Shown here: positions 1 through 10,620 of the stretch, one piece after another
How positions within the stretch are numbered: position 1 is the stretch's first letter
Layout of the letters: each line of letters starts with the position of its first letter
DNA from: a virus
Direction: 5' to 3' (one strand)
Virus record (IMG/VR): IMGVR_UViG_3300007609_001696
Coordinates: 1 to 64,000 of that record
Length of the DNA: 64,000 nucleotides
Notes under the pieces: model-generated
What the model was told of the DNA's origin: nothing
Database searches by the model: none
Seen by the model: the letters and a program-made list of their open reading frames with translations, nothing else
Translations under genes and position numbers: made by a program

Positions 1-1
1 C

Positions 2-703
2 GGTGGCGAGCCTCTCATGTACGAACAGCACTGGCAATACATGAAGCGTATTATAGAACTTGGTGACGGTCCAGGATTATATGCTAGATATAACACTAAT
101 TTAAGTAGAGTCAATTACAAAGGCATCAATTTATACAACGATATATTGGCAAACATACGAGATTGGGAAATATGCGCTAGCATCGACGGCACTAACGAAA
201 TTGGCGAGTATGTGAGAACTGGCTTGAATTACAAGCAGTGGTTAGATAATTATCTTGCCGGAGTTGAATTTCAGCAACGTCCTAGTCAAATGCGGTTAGA
301 CTATACAATTACTTTACCAGGCTTGTTTGACGCGGTAAATATGTTTAAGTTAAGCAAACAAACCAACACACAGCTTCTAACTAAAATTACTTTCACATTT
401 AGTCCTGATGTAGCTATGAGTCCGTTGTTGTTACCAAGAGAAATACTTGATCCAATTGTGGATGATATATTACAACAGTGCAAAGATGCATCATGGAAGC
501 AACAACCGTTAATAGACACTTTGAATCAGCTTAAATCTAGACAAACTACACAAGAACAATGGCCCGAACAGTACAAGAAAGGCTGGCAAGATGCCAAAAG
601 AAAAGTTGAAAGATTGGAAAGCATACGAAAAGATAGCTTGACGTTAAGCAACATATTAGAAAGGAATAAATCAGCATATGAATGGTGGACCAGAATTGCC
701 TGA
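2..703 (+). CDS. Radical SAM protein, C-terminal part (5' end lies outside the window)
   Basis: The frame is open from base 2 and reads GGEPLMY; YNTN and SIDG...EYVR motifs are typical of phage radical SAM proteins. Confidence 0.75.
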   Translation, partial: GGEPLMYEQHWQYMKRIIELGDGPGLYARYNTNLSRVNYKGINLYNDILANIRDWEICASIDGTNEIGEYVRTGLNYKQWLDNYLAGVEFQQRPSQMRLDYTITLPGLFDAVNMFKLSKQTNTQLLTKITFTFSPDVAMSPLLLPREILDPIVDDILQQCKDASWKQQPLIDTLNQLKSRQTTQEQWPEQYKKGWQDAKRKVERLESIRKDSLTLSNILERNKSAYEWWTRIA

Positions 704-1883
704 GGTACAAGTAACTCTGCGAAATGTAAAAAATAAAAACGATTATCTAACATATTTTATTAAACCAGATAATTCTTGTTTAGCAAAAGATTGGGTCGAA
801 GCACTAAAAGATTTGTTGCGAAAAGGAAACCCTATAGAAAAAAATTATTGTTTTATGGGATTCCCTTACAGTCAAAGAACTGTTCCGTATTTGTGCGGAA
901 AACTTAATAATTATATTTTTACTATTAACAGTTTTAATCAAACAAATACATGGCAGGAAGCAGGATTAGATCCTTACGTTATAGAAGAACATTTTTCAGA
1001 AGAGTCGGTAAGATTCTCTGCAAATTACCCAAAAGGTCCAGCAGACAATAACGACGAAAGCAAAACTTTAGGGTTACGATTAAAGCATGCCATGATGAAT
1101 AATCTGCATCTTCACTTTGAAAGATTGCAAGGGCAAGTATGGAATCTTAGTCCTTATTATAAACTAGCAAATTACGAAACTAAGTTTGCAATTCGTCAGC
1201 TTAATAATTTATGCCATGAATTAGAAAATAGAATACTAAGTGATAGAAAATTTGAGATTGAACCAAAATGGACCAGACCTAGTCAAATTACCACTTTTTT
1301 GCAGGCTCCTAGATTTGAACTAAAAGACGATCACAGAAAAGGATTTGTAGAAAATGGGTATGATAGAGAGTTTGGCAAAGTTTATATGCATTGGACACAG
1401 ATAGGGAAAACCTTGTTTGAAGTATGGAGAGACGAAGGTGCTCCGAATCTCAGTGTAGGAACTGATCCAACAGACATTACAATTGGCTCGGGCGCAACAA
1501 GCGAAGCAATAAACAGTCTAAAGTATTACAGTGGCGAGTTTGATGTTGAATGGGCCAAGACTATTAAATATGGACAGTACAGTTGGTACGACGAAGAAAT
1601 GGATAATTATTACAATTGGCTTAAATCTAACAATGTAGATATTAGCAATCCACATCTTAGTCTCGGATATTTGCCTATTGCTAGCGTAGACTTGCAGAAA
1701 AGTTTCGGAACACAAGACGAAAAAGAAATTTGGAGTATAATGGGAGATTATTTAGATATCTATTCAATACAAGTCGACGATGTTGAAAATATTTATCCTG
1801 ACAGCTGGGCAGATGACGATGCCGACGAAAAGCAAATAAAATTTATGAGTACCGGGTATGACTACTCTAGTAGCGGGCGGTGA
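678..1883 (+). CDS. Hypothetical phage protein (glycan-modification island)
   Basis: 401-aa ORF overlapping both neighbours; no recognised family. Confidence 0.6.
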   Translation: MNGGPELPEVQVTLRNVKNKNDYLTYFIKPDNSCLAKDWVEALKDLLRKGNPIEKNYCFMGFPYSQRTVPYLCGKLNNYIFTINSFNQTNTWQEAGLDPYVIEEHFSEESVRFSANYPKGPADNNDESKTLGLRLKHAMMNNLHLHFERLQGQVWNLSPYYKLANYETKFAIRQLNNLCHELENRILSDRKFEIEPKWTRPSQITTFLQAPRFELKDDHRKGFVENGYDREFGKVYMHWTQIGKTLFEVWRDEGAPNLSVGTDPTDITIGSGATSEAINSLKYYSGEFDVEWAKTIKYGQYSWYDEEMDNYYNWLKSNNVDISNPHLSLGYLPIASVDLQKSFGTQDEKEIWSIMGDYLDIYSIQVDDVENIYPDSWADDDADEKQIKFMSTGYDYSSSGR

Positions 1884-2631
1884 TAGCTTTACATTTGGGT
1901 GCGAACTCAAGGACGATTGGCCCGGGCCGAGTTCAAATGCCTGGTGTAATTTAGTAGCCCAACAAAACAACTGGCAATGCGTAAACACAGCACTAGGCGG
2001 ATCTAGTAATAGCAGTATTGCTAGAAAAGTTTTAAACACATGCGAACGTAATAAGAATCAAAATATCTTTGTGTGTGTAATGTGGAGTTTTCCGTCCCGT
2101 TATGAGTTTAGATTTACCTATGATACCAACAATAGAGAGTCGCCGTGGAAAAGTGTTAACCCATGGGATTTGGAAACATACGAACAAAAAATCAAACAAG
2201 TAAATATGCAGGGGAGTGCCACACATAGAGATTTTAAGCAAAACAGCGATTTTCTTAAAAGTAGTGGCATGCGCGATTTTCTACAACATTTTTACAAGCA
2301 TGTAGGTAGCAGCGACGTATATGAGTACTATCAGACCTACAAGGAAATTGTGTTTTTACAAAATTTTTGTAAAACTCAAAATATTCCTTATTTGTTTAGT
2401 ATTTGCGATAATACTACATTGAATCATTCGTGCAATGACAGTAATGTTGATGCATTGTATGACTGTATAGACTTTGATAATTTCTTTTTGTTTTGTAATA
2501 ATTTAGGGTTTGACCAGTGGGCATGGGAAAACAGATATGCTAGGGGAGATTTTCATCCTTTAGAACAAGCGCACCAAGATGCAGCAATTTTAATAGGGGA
2601 ACGTGTACGTGAAGTACTTAACAAAAATTAA
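1858..2631 (+). CDS. SGNH/GDSL hydrolase-like protein
   Basis: N-terminal GDSFTFG, GSSN block, C-terminal HP..HQ. Confidence 0.7.
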   Translation: MTTLVAGGDSFTFGCELKDDWPGPSSNAWCNLVAQQNNWQCVNTALGGSSNSSIARKVLNTCERNKNQNIFVCVMWSFPSRYEFRFTYDTNNRESPWKSVNPWDLETYEQKIKQVNMQGSATHRDFKQNSDFLKSSGMRDFLQHFYKHVGSSDVYEYYQTYKEIVFLQNFCKTQNIPYLFSICDNTTLNHSCNDSNVDALYDCIDFDNFFLFCNNLGFDQWAWENRYARGDFHPLEQAHQDAAILIGERVREVLNKN

Positions 2632-2731
2632 AGACATTGTATTATGGCCATACAGAAAAATTCGCCTAGAAATACAATACAGAAAACGACTCAAAGAACT
2701 CAAAAAAAGAGATCCATTTATATACAAATGA
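2609..2731 (+). CDS. Small basic peptide ending RDPFIYK (40 aa, not in ORF track)
   Basis: GTG start after AGGGGA; TGA overlaps the ATG at 2728; PFIY-ending peptides are typical neighbours of carbamoyltransferase/SGNH genes. Confidence 0.6.
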   Translation: MKYLTKIKDIVLWPYRKIRLEIQYRKRLKELKKRDPFIYK

Positions 2732-3390
2732 TATTGTGTTTGGGTGATAGTTTTACCTTTGGTGAAGAATTAAAAAATCCAGCCAGGTCGGCATGGCCAG
2801 CATTATTGAGCAAACTCACTGGTATGCCTGTTGAAAATCAAGGCATGCCTGGCTCTGGAAACCATCGATTGATCAAAGAGTTGATAAATTCTTTTACCTC
2901 TAAAAAGCCACTTACAGCAGTAATTATTTGCTGGACCAGTGCACACCGGCAGGAGCATGCAGATCAAGCAGGAGCATTTGATATTTGGCCAGGATGCAGT
3001 GGCAGAACTTTTACCAGCATTGACACAGTGCACAGAAAACAGCTGATCAAATACATCACAGAATACCACAACGATGTGTACGATTACAGAAATTGGCTCA
3101 GGCAAGTCTACACAGCACAAATATTATGCGAGTCCAATGGTGTTCCTTATGTATTCTTTAATGCCTACGGCAATGAAATTTTAAATAAAAAATACATGGA
3201 AAATGTAGAAAATAAACATCTAATAGAAAGTGTAAACACACAACACTTTGTAGGATGGCCATACCAGGGCATAGTAGAATGGGTTTACGATTTGCCCAAA
3301 GGACCAGGCGGCCACACCCTAGAGCAAGGCCATCAACTGATAGCGGAAAAAATATATGAACATATTAGGAATCAGCACTGGGTTTCATGA
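2728..3390 (+). CDS. SGNH/GDSL hydrolase-like protein
   Basis: MILCLGDSFTFG start, GSGN, C-terminal GH...GH; start reassigned from 2644 to 2728. Confidence 0.7.
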   Translation: MILCLGDSFTFGEELKNPARSAWPALLSKLTGMPVENQGMPGSGNHRLIKELINSFTSKKPLTAVIICWTSAHRQEHADQAGAFDIWPGCSGRTFTSIDTVHRKQLIKYITEYHNDVYDYRNWLRQVYTAQILCESNGVPYVFFNAYGNEILNKKYMENVENKHLIESVNTQHFVGWPYQGIVEWVYDLPKGPGGHTLEQGHQLIAEKIYEHIRNQHWVS

Positions 3391-4843
3391 TGCTGGTGTA
3401 GCGGTTGTTGATTACAACGGCAGAATACTTTTTGCTGCACACAGTGAGAGATACAGCAAACAAAAACACGACAAGTACCTCAATCAACAAATACTCAGTC
3501 AAGCATCTGATTATGGAGAAATTCACAAAGTTGCTTACTATGAAATTCCGTGGCTAAAAAAGACCAGAGAAATTTATGCCGGACAGGGATTTGCTAACGG
3601 TAGTTGCCTCAGTGCAAAGTCGGCATTACATCAACAAGGTATAGATTTTTCTCAGTCTATATCAGAGTGGCCCCACCACATGACACATGCTGCTGCTGGG
3701 TTTCAAACAAGCCCATTCAATGAAGCAACTTGTGTGGTAATAGACGCAATTGGTGAATGGGATACAATTAGTATATGGGATGCTAAGTATGATGCCGATG
3801 GAGTAGCACAATACACCAAATTATATAGTCGCCAGTATCCTCATAGTTTAGGCTTGTTGTACAGTGCAATCACTGACTACATAGGATTAAGGCCGATGGA
3901 TGAAGAGTATATTACGATGGGCATGGCCGGCTGGGGCGCTCCGGTACATGTGGAAAAAATTCGAAAAGATTTTATACAAAACAGCAAAAACTTTACCCTC
4001 AAGCAAAATCTGCACGTAGGCATACCAGAAGAGTGGTTCGGAGAAGCTACACCAGAAGATCTAGCAGCAAGTGTTCAGCAAATAGCTGAGGAGGAAATAG
4101 CAAACGTGATGTCTGTGGCTCAACGTAAGGGTCGTAGTGCGAATCTTGTGTACATGGGCGGTGTTGCCCTAAACTGTGTTGCAAACAGCAAAATAGCACC
4201 GCTTTGGGACGATATATGGATAATGCCAAACCCAGGGGATTGCGGCAGTAGTTTAGGCGCGGCTGCACTTGAGTATGGTAAAAAACTCAATTGGACTACC
4301 CCTTATCTTGGAACTGAAATCAAGGGGCCTTACCCTGTGGGCAAGTTGGTCAAAGAGTTGAAAAAAAATCAAATTGCAGGTGTTGCCAACGGAAGAGCAG
4401 AATTTGGACCAAGAGCACTAGGAAATAGAAGTTTGTTGGCTGATCCGAGAGGTCCGCACATCAAAGACCGTGTCAACGAAATCAAGCGTAGGCAAAAGTT
4501 TAGACCGTTTGCGCCTGTGATTCTCGAAGAACATGCTGCAGATTATTTTGAAATGCCCGTAGAAAAATCTCCATATATGCAGTTTGTGGCCCGGGTCAAA
4601 GATCCAGAAAGTTTTCCTGCTATAACGCACATAGACGGAACTGCTCGAGTACAAACAGTAGGCCGATCAGAATCGGGCACTGGTATACGTCAGCTCTTAG
4701 AAGTTTGGTATCGAGAAACCGGATGCCCTATGTTGTTGAACACAAGTTTAAACATTCGTGGGGAGCCTATAGTCGACACTGAACAAGATGCTGCAAAATG
4801 GACAGCACAGTATAGTGTGCCTGTGTTTACCACAGAGCTTTAA
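3356..4843 (+). CDS. Carbamoyltransferase (NodU/CmcH/TobZ family)
   Basis: HD, HHxxHA, GGVALNC, EFGPRALGNRSLLADP, FRPFAP, H.DGTARVQ and LNTSLN motifs. Confidence 0.95.
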   Translation: MNILGISTGFHDAGVAVVDYNGRILFAAHSERYSKQKHDKYLNQQILSQASDYGEIHKVAYYEIPWLKKTREIYAGQGFANGSCLSAKSALHQQGIDFSQSISEWPHHMTHAAAGFQTSPFNEATCVVIDAIGEWDTISIWDAKYDADGVAQYTKLYSRQYPHSLGLLYSAITDYIGLRPMDEEYITMGMAGWGAPVHVEKIRKDFIQNSKNFTLKQNLHVGIPEEWFGEATPEDLAASVQQIAEEEIANVMSVAQRKGRSANLVYMGGVALNCVANSKIAPLWDDIWIMPNPGDCGSSLGAAALEYGKKLNWTTPYLGTEIKGPYPVGKLVKELKKNQIAGVANGRAEFGPRALGNRSLLADPRGPHIKDRVNEIKRRQKFRPFAPVILEEHAADYFEMPVEKSPYMQFVARVKDPESFPAITHIDGTARVQTVGRSESGTGIRQLLEVWYRETGCPMLLNTSLNIRGEPIVDTEQDAAKWTAQYSVPVFTTEL

Positions 4844-5907
4844 ATTTTAGCTATTGCAATTTCAAGATTGGTAAACAACTCGTTGACCAGTCGTTCTTGC
4901 AAGCCGTCACTAAACACATGGTGTTGATTGTATTCTAATACGCCCTGTATTACATTGTATCTATCTTTTAGATCGTCGATGTTTAATTCGCCCACTGATT
5001 TTATCACCTTTAAAACTTTTTGATATCTACTTGCATGACTTACGTCATTGTCGTAGCTTTCGTTCCACAATCCGTGATAGGTCTCAAATCCATAGTCGTG
5101 CAGGGTATTGAGCGTGTTGGGTGTGCCTAAAACCACAAACGGCATGCCCAACACAAACGGTTTGAGAGTTTTTTCAGTGATATAATTTTCTTTGTAGTCA
5201 AACACAGTTTCTGTGACTATGTTCATAAAGCATTGTTTGGCATATTTGTTTTCTATGTAAAAACTTTGCTGTGTGTTGTCGTCCAGCACCAATGGCAACG
5301 TTTCTGCGGCTTGTGCAACATTGTGATGCTGACAGTCGTAGTCTGTGCAACTTTCCTCAAAGGTTCTTCCTGTGTAAGCGTCTTGCTCAGGGAAGCTAAA
5401 AAGACTGTTTTTTAACAAGTCTTTGTCGACTATGTCGCACAATAGCCATCTACGATGCGGCCGCGGCCCGTCAAACAATCTGTTTAAACTGTAAAAATGA
5501 TAGTTTATATCTGCTTTTTGTTTTATTAGTGGATTGTGCTTGTATCCTCGATACCAATCTTGTGCTACAATGCCATGAAAGAAGAAATATACCGGTGTCC
5601 AGTTGTATTTTTCTATGTATTGAGATAAATTTACACCCCATCGTTGCGTAGTAATAAGTACTACACGAGATCCCCACTCTTTGAATAATTCGCCATAATG
5701 ATCTAAAAATGGAACACTTGCAAAAATTGGCTCTTGATCGTATACTAAAAATACCACATCTGGTACATCTACTGTGCTTTCAAACGCAACTTGATCAGGC
5801 GAGCTGGATCCAAAAGGATATGGATAAACCAGTGCTGGGTTTAGATGTCTATGATTTTCAAAAATATAATCTTTAAGAGTAAGGTAAAATTGGTCTAAAT
5901 TAAACAT
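4840..5907 (-). CDS. Glycosyltransferase-like protein (phage 'ET...TEKT.KP' family)
   Basis: SLNR...HR, IVTET, ITEKTLKPF..GMPFVVLG, GFETY...ESYD; paralogs at 44477 and 51210. Confidence 0.6.
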   Translation of the reverse strand: MFNLDQFYLTLKDYIFENHRHLNPALVYPYPFGSSSPDQVAFESTVDVPDVVFLVYDQEPIFASVPFLDHYGELFKEWGSRVVLITTQRWGVNLSQYIEKYNWTPVYFFFHGIVAQDWYRGYKHNPLIKQKADINYHFYSLNRLFDGPRPHRRWLLCDIVDKDLLKNSLFSFPEQDAYTGRTFEESCTDYDCQHHNVAQAAETLPLVLDDNTQQSFYIENKYAKQCFMNIVTETVFDYKENYITEKTLKPFVLGMPFVVLGTPNTLNTLHDYGFETYHGLWNESYDNDVSHASRYQKVLKVIKSVGELNIDDLKDRYNVIQGVLEYNQHHVFSDGLQERLVNELFTNLEIAIAKI

Positions 5908-8900
5908 GTTTGATGTATTTTATTACGGAAAGAAACCTGATATATTCAGTTTCGAACAATATGCCGAAACTTTGGCACAGGCACAAGAATTATCAAAAAC
6001 TGAACGCTTTTGGTATATTTATGGCGGAAACGACTACTCAAATTTTAATTTTAATGTGATACCTCCTAGTTGGGAATGGAATCATGTGTATGTGTACGGC
6101 AGTCAATGGCAAAAAGATGGCGGTGTGTATCTTGCCTGCAAATGGGATATTGGTCCTTACAACTATAGACAAGAACAACGTGTAAAACGTTTGCCGTGTC
6201 AGGATTTTTGGCAGATACCAATAGATATTGAAGATTTTGATTTTAGCTGGCACCCAGATCCGCAGGAAAAATTTATTCACATATTTGGTACTCAATGGCA
6301 ACAAAGTGGCGGCCCTGAATACCACACACCTGGTGCAGACGAATACAAATTCGAAGCTGTGCAGCGTGCTACGGCGTTGCCCAACAAAAACCATTGGTAC
6401 ATATCTGATAATATTGATACCAGTGCATTTGACTTTAGTTGGCATCCAAGATCTGATGAAAAATTTATTCATGTGTTTGGCACTCAATGGCAACCTGATG
6501 GCGGCCCTGAATATCGCACACCTGGTGCCAGCAAGAAGAAATATGAAATAAGTCAAAAAGCCACAGCAAAATCAAACAAACAACACTGGCACATACCTAA
6601 CAACATAGATGTCAGTACATTTGACTTTAGTTGGCATCCAAGATCTGATGAAAAATTTATTCATGTGTTTGGAACACAATGGCAACCTGATGGTGGTCCT
6701 GAATATCACACACCTGGTGCCACTGAACTCAAGTACGAAATATCCCAGAAAGCCACTGCAACGACAGATACCAAAAATTGGCATATACCCGACAATATTG
6801 ACACAAGTGGGTTTGACTTCTCATGGCACCCAAGATCAGATGAAAAATTTGTACACATTTTTGGCACTCAGTGGCAACCAGATGGAGGACCTGAGTATCA
6901 TACGCCAGGTGCTAGTGAACTCAAGTATGAAACTTCACAAAAAGCCATTGCTCGGCCTGTTCTGGACAACTGGCATGTGCCAGACTACATTGATCTAGAC
7001 AAGTTTGACTTTTCGTGGCATCCAAGGTCAGATGAAAAATTTATTCATGTATTCGGCACTCAGTGGCACAACAGTGGCGGTCCAGAGTATAGAACCACTG
7101 ACGCAACTGAAATAAAATTTGAGAACACACAACGAGCTGTGAGTATGCCGCAAAAAGACCGTTGGGAAATACCCGAGCATGCCGACATTGATAATTTTGA
7201 TTTCAGTTGGCATCCACCAAGAGGCGAAAGTTATGTGCATGTGTTTGGCAGTCAGTGGGCAAGAGATGTAGGTCCAAAATATGTTAGTCCCGGCAGCAAC
7301 AACAAAAAATATGAAACAGCACAGGTAGTAAAAGGCAAAATTACCACTGATATCTTTGTGATTGACCAATTCAACAGCAATAACACAACTAGTTATCAAA
7401 GTGTAAAATCGCAATATCCTGATGCCAAAAAAACCCGCGGGGTGGGCAATTGGGCCAGCATTATCAAAAAAGCCTGCGAAGCCAGCTCCAGTGATTTTGT
7501 GTGGGTTGTTAGCAGTGACTATGACTACACAGATTTTGATTTTGGCTGGTATCCCGAAACATGGCAAAGCAACATGATTCATGTGTTTGGTAGCAAGTAC
7601 CAAAAATGGGCTAATATATTCAGAGTTCCTCGTTGGGAATTTTTAAGATTGTCGCAATGGTTTGATGATATTAAGAATTTTCCTGAACTTAATTTTGTCG
7701 ACGACCAGAAAGTTAAACTGTTTGACGACAACAGAGAAATATGGTGGATTGATCACAGCAATAAATCAAGAGTACTGCGTAAAAATCACAAAATTGTAAG
7801 ATTTTTTGAAAGTTATTTGGAAACGATCAAACGAATAGTAGCCCGCACAGATCAAGAGTACATTTGGGTCACCAGCAGTTTGTGTGATTATAGTCAGTTT
7901 GATTTTGGTTGGGAGCCAGAACCTTGGCAACAAAATATGCTACATGTGTTTCCAAGCAATGAACAAAAATTTGGTGACACATTCTATGTGCCAGTAGCAG
8001 AGTTTCAAAAACAATCTGCAGATTTAAAATTACTTGACTGGTTTGACACTGTAAATTATGTTAAAGATCAAACAGTAGACCGAGTAGTAGCGCCAATTGA
8101 GTACTACAGTGGTTGTTTAACTGAAGCTGTAAAAAATTATAATTTTGTAGAGCCATACGTTAAGTTTATTCACAAATCAATACCAGCAATCGAGCCTTCT
8201 TCTGAGTCTTACTTGGTAACACCGTCAATTTGGCGCCCTCAAGACCGCGCTGTACACGCTTTTAACAACGGTGCTGCATGCTTGATACCAAAAGATGCTA
8301 AAAAGGCAATTAAGAGCCAGATTTATGATTATGACTATATATTGCGTCACAAAACTGAAAAATTTGTGGAAAAACCACTAGATGTTGTGTTTATTGCCAA
8401 TGGTGAAAAAAATTCTCAAAAGCACGAACAAAAATTAAAGGATCTAGTTCCTAGAGCAAAATCTAGTAAAAATGTACAAGGAAGAATGCAGGCTTACAAA
8501 GCCGCGGCTGAGTTAAGCAAAACTGAATGGTTTTTTGCAGTTTTTGCTAAGTGTGATGTGAATCCTTATTTTGATTTCAATTGGCATCCGGATAGACTAC
8601 AGGCGGATAAGCACTATATTTTTCATGCATACAATCCTATAAATGATCTCACATATGGACATATGTCTGTTATTGCCTATCATAGAGATACAATTTTAAA
8701 CACCAAAGAATGGCACAGTGATGTTACTCTTAGTGGTTTACACGAAGTAGTTCCTATGTTGAGTTGTACAGCAGTTTATGACGAAGACAAATATGCAGTA
8801 TGGAGAACAGCATTTAGGGAAACAATCAAGTTGTCTGCTCTGCAGGACATTGAAAGTACATACAGATTAGAAAAATGGCTTACAGTAGGCAATGGGGATC

Positions 8901-9031
8901 TAGGAGATTATAGTTTGCTTGGTGCAAAGCACGGAGTAGAATACTACAAAAACAACAAAGATGACATGGATGCTTTGCAGAAGCCTGCAGAATGGAAATG
9001 GTGCATGCAGTATTATAAGTCTAAGGTTTAA
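5906..9031 (+). CDS. Large protein with tandem FDFSWHP repeats and degenerate GT-A-like domains
   Basis: 1041 aa; six 64-aa repeats plus diverged copies; C-terminal DVVFI..GE / WRTAFRE region. Confidence 0.65.
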   Translation: MFDVFYYGKKPDIFSFEQYAETLAQAQELSKTERFWYIYGGNDYSNFNFNVIPPSWEWNHVYVYGSQWQKDGGVYLACKWDIGPYNYRQEQRVKRLPCQDFWQIPIDIEDFDFSWHPDPQEKFIHIFGTQWQQSGGPEYHTPGADEYKFEAVQRATALPNKNHWYISDNIDTSAFDFSWHPRSDEKFIHVFGTQWQPDGGPEYRTPGASKKKYEISQKATAKSNKQHWHIPNNIDVSTFDFSWHPRSDEKFIHVFGTQWQPDGGPEYHTPGATELKYEISQKATATTDTKNWHIPDNIDTSGFDFSWHPRSDEKFVHIFGTQWQPDGGPEYHTPGASELKYETSQKAIARPVLDNWHVPDYIDLDKFDFSWHPRSDEKFIHVFGTQWHNSGGPEYRTTDATEIKFENTQRAVSMPQKDRWEIPEHADIDNFDFSWHPPRGESYVHVFGSQWARDVGPKYVSPGSNNKKYETAQVVKGKITTDIFVIDQFNSNNTTSYQSVKSQYPDAKKTRGVGNWASIIKKACEASSSDFVWVVSSDYDYTDFDFGWYPETWQSNMIHVFGSKYQKWANIFRVPRWEFLRLSQWFDDIKNFPELNFVDDQKVKLFDDNREIWWIDHSNKSRVLRKNHKIVRFFESYLETIKRIVARTDQEYIWVTSSLCDYSQFDFGWEPEPWQQNMLHVFPSNEQKFGDTFYVPVAEFQKQSADLKLLDWFDTVNYVKDQTVDRVVAPIEYYSGCLTEAVKNYNFVEPYVKFIHKSIPAIEPSSESYLVTPSIWRPQDRAVHAFNNGAACLIPKDAKKAIKSQIYDYDYILRHKTEKFVEKPLDVVFIANGEKNSQKHEQKLKDLVPRAKSSKNVQGRMQAYKAAAELSKTEWFFAVFAKCDVNPYFDFNWHPDRLQADKHYIFHAYNPINDLTYGHMSVIAYHRDTILNTKEWHSDVTLSGLHEVVPMLSCTAVYDEDKYAVWRTAFRETIKLSALQDIESTYRLEKWLTVGNGDLGDYSLLGAKHGVEYYKNNKDDMDALQKPAEWKWCMQYYKSKV
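6200..7330 (+). repeat. Six in-frame tandem coding repeats, period 192 nt (64 aa)
   Basis: TTTGAY(FDF) recurs at 6236, 6428, 6620, 6812, 7004 and 7196. Confidence 0.9.
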
Positions 9032-9965
9032 GCAGGTTTTTCAAATACCATTTGTAGTATTTTTTAACACCTTCTTCGAGGTCTATTTTTGGATCGTAAT
9101 CAAGATAGTGTCTTGCTTGAGAAATGTCCAGTTGACCTCTATGGGGATAGCTTGTATCTCGACAAGTTTCAACAACGGATCCTTTGCCAACAACTTCAAC
9201 TACAATTTTTGCCAAATCTGCCAGAGACCTAGCTTTGCCTCTAGAGATGTTGAAAACCTTTTTGTCAGTATCTTGTATGCCAGCAAGCATAATGCCACGT
9301 GCCGTGTCGGACACATAGGTAAAATCTAACTTCTCATTACCTTTAAGTAATAGTGGCATATCATTGTGTGCATTATGCAGAAATTTTCCAACCACTCTAT
9401 CATGATTATCTAATGGTCCATATACTGCGCTTGGCCTTACAATTCTCCAATCTATATTGTTTATATTGCAAAAATCTTTTGTAGTTAGCTCTGCTGCTCT
9501 TTTGTAAATGCCATATAATCCTTTTGGTTTTTTTGGCAGTTGCTCGCTTTGCGGATCTATGGTAAAATCGCCATATATCATACTCGAACTAACATAAACA
9601 AATTTTTCCACATTAGCTTTTGCACAATAGGAAAGGACATTGTACAAGCCGCTGCTGAAATTAGTAAGTGCTTCGTGTGGATAGGTATAAACCAGTTTGT
9701 TATTGGGAAAGTTTGCTAGGTGGTATGCTATAGTCGGCTGGAATTGATTAAGTTTCCACAATACCGAATCATCAAGATGTTCAATCTCGTTGCCAATTAT
9801 TTCGGCTTGTGGAATCCTTTCCATTCTCTTAAAGTACAAATCCCGAGGATTGTAAGATTTGTATGCATCAATTATCAATACATCGTAATTTAGAGTAATA
9901 AGTTGCTTGGCAAGATTATGCCCAATAAAGCCTAAACCTCCAAAAATTACTGCTCTTTTAGTCAC
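9021..9965 (-). CDS. NAD-dependent nucleotide-sugar epimerase/dehydratase
   Basis: GGLGFIG, SSSMIYG, YGIYK, VYGP motifs. Confidence 0.9.
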   Translation of the reverse strand: MTKRAVIFGGLGFIGHNLAKQLITLNYDVLIIDAYKSYNPRDLYFKRMERIPQAEIIGNEIEHLDDSVLWKLNQFQPTIAYHLANFPNNKLVYTYPHEALTNFSSGLYNVLSYCAKANVEKFVYVSSSMIYGDFTIDPQSEQLPKKPKGLYGIYKRAAELTTKDFCNINNIDWRIVRPSAVYGPLDNHDRVVGKFLHNAHNDMPLLLKGNEKLDFTYVSDTARGIMLAGIQDTDKKVFNISRGKARSLADLAKIVVEVVGKGSVVETCRDTSYPHRGQLDISQARHYLDYDPKIDLEEGVKKYYKWYLKNLLKP

Positions 9966-10620
9966 TTATATAATCTGTTGCTAATGGGAATATTTTTGTG
10001 ATAGCTTCGGCAACTGCCCGGGCAATTTCCATATGCTCTTTTTGTGTGCCATTGCCGGATCTCAGCTCGATGTAATGAATCCAACTACGGATAGTACCGT
10101 TCATGTACAAACGACTTTGGGTAAGTCCTTCTGGCAATACTGCTCTTGCTTGTTCTTTAGCAATGCCATTCTCGATAGCCCATTTATATGCTCTTCGTGA
10201 TTCTATAATTACACGTTCTTGTGCTAATGCCCATTCTGTTTTTAGATCGATATCGCTTGTTTCTACACTATTCTGGCGATTTTTTGTATCTTGCAGACGT
10301 GCTTCTCTAATTTCGAATCTTAAATCCTTAACTGGATCTGCATAACGTTGGGAAAACTCCTGAAAAGAGAACGATCTGTGTCTAAGGATTTGTCTTGCGA
10401 TGTCACGAGTAGTCTCGATCTCTAGGCACGCAGATACCATTTCAAATGGGCTCCAATGTTTGTGCTTTGCAAGGTAGTTGAGTAAACGCTCACTGGTCTC
10501 AGTATTGAGTTGATTCGATGGGTTAGATACTCGAGCAGCATATGCAATAAGATCTTGAACATTTTCTAATCCTTCTATTTCGTCAGAAGGTTGACTATAG
10601 TTAATTAGTTTAACTTGCAT
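9958..10620 (-). CDS. thyX: Flavin-dependent thymidylate synthase
   Basis: HWSPFE and RQILRHRSFSFQEFSQRY signature; EQARAVLP. Confidence 0.97.
   Translation of the reverse strand: MQVKLINYSQPSDEIEGLENVQDLIAYAARVSNPSNQLNTETSERLLNYLAKHKHWSPFEMVSACLEIETTRDIARQILRHRSFSFQEFSQRYADPVKDLRFEIREARLQDTKNRQNSVETSDIDLKTEWALAQERVIIESRRAYKWAIENGIAKEQARAVLPEGLTQSRLYMNGTIRSWIHYIELRSGNGTQKEHMEIARAVAEAITKIFPLATDYISD

Noticed and set aside
6200-7330. CRISPR array or DGR-like repeats
   Set aside because: The repeats are in-frame 192-nt coding units with synonymous variation; no spacers, cas or reverse transcriptase genes are seen
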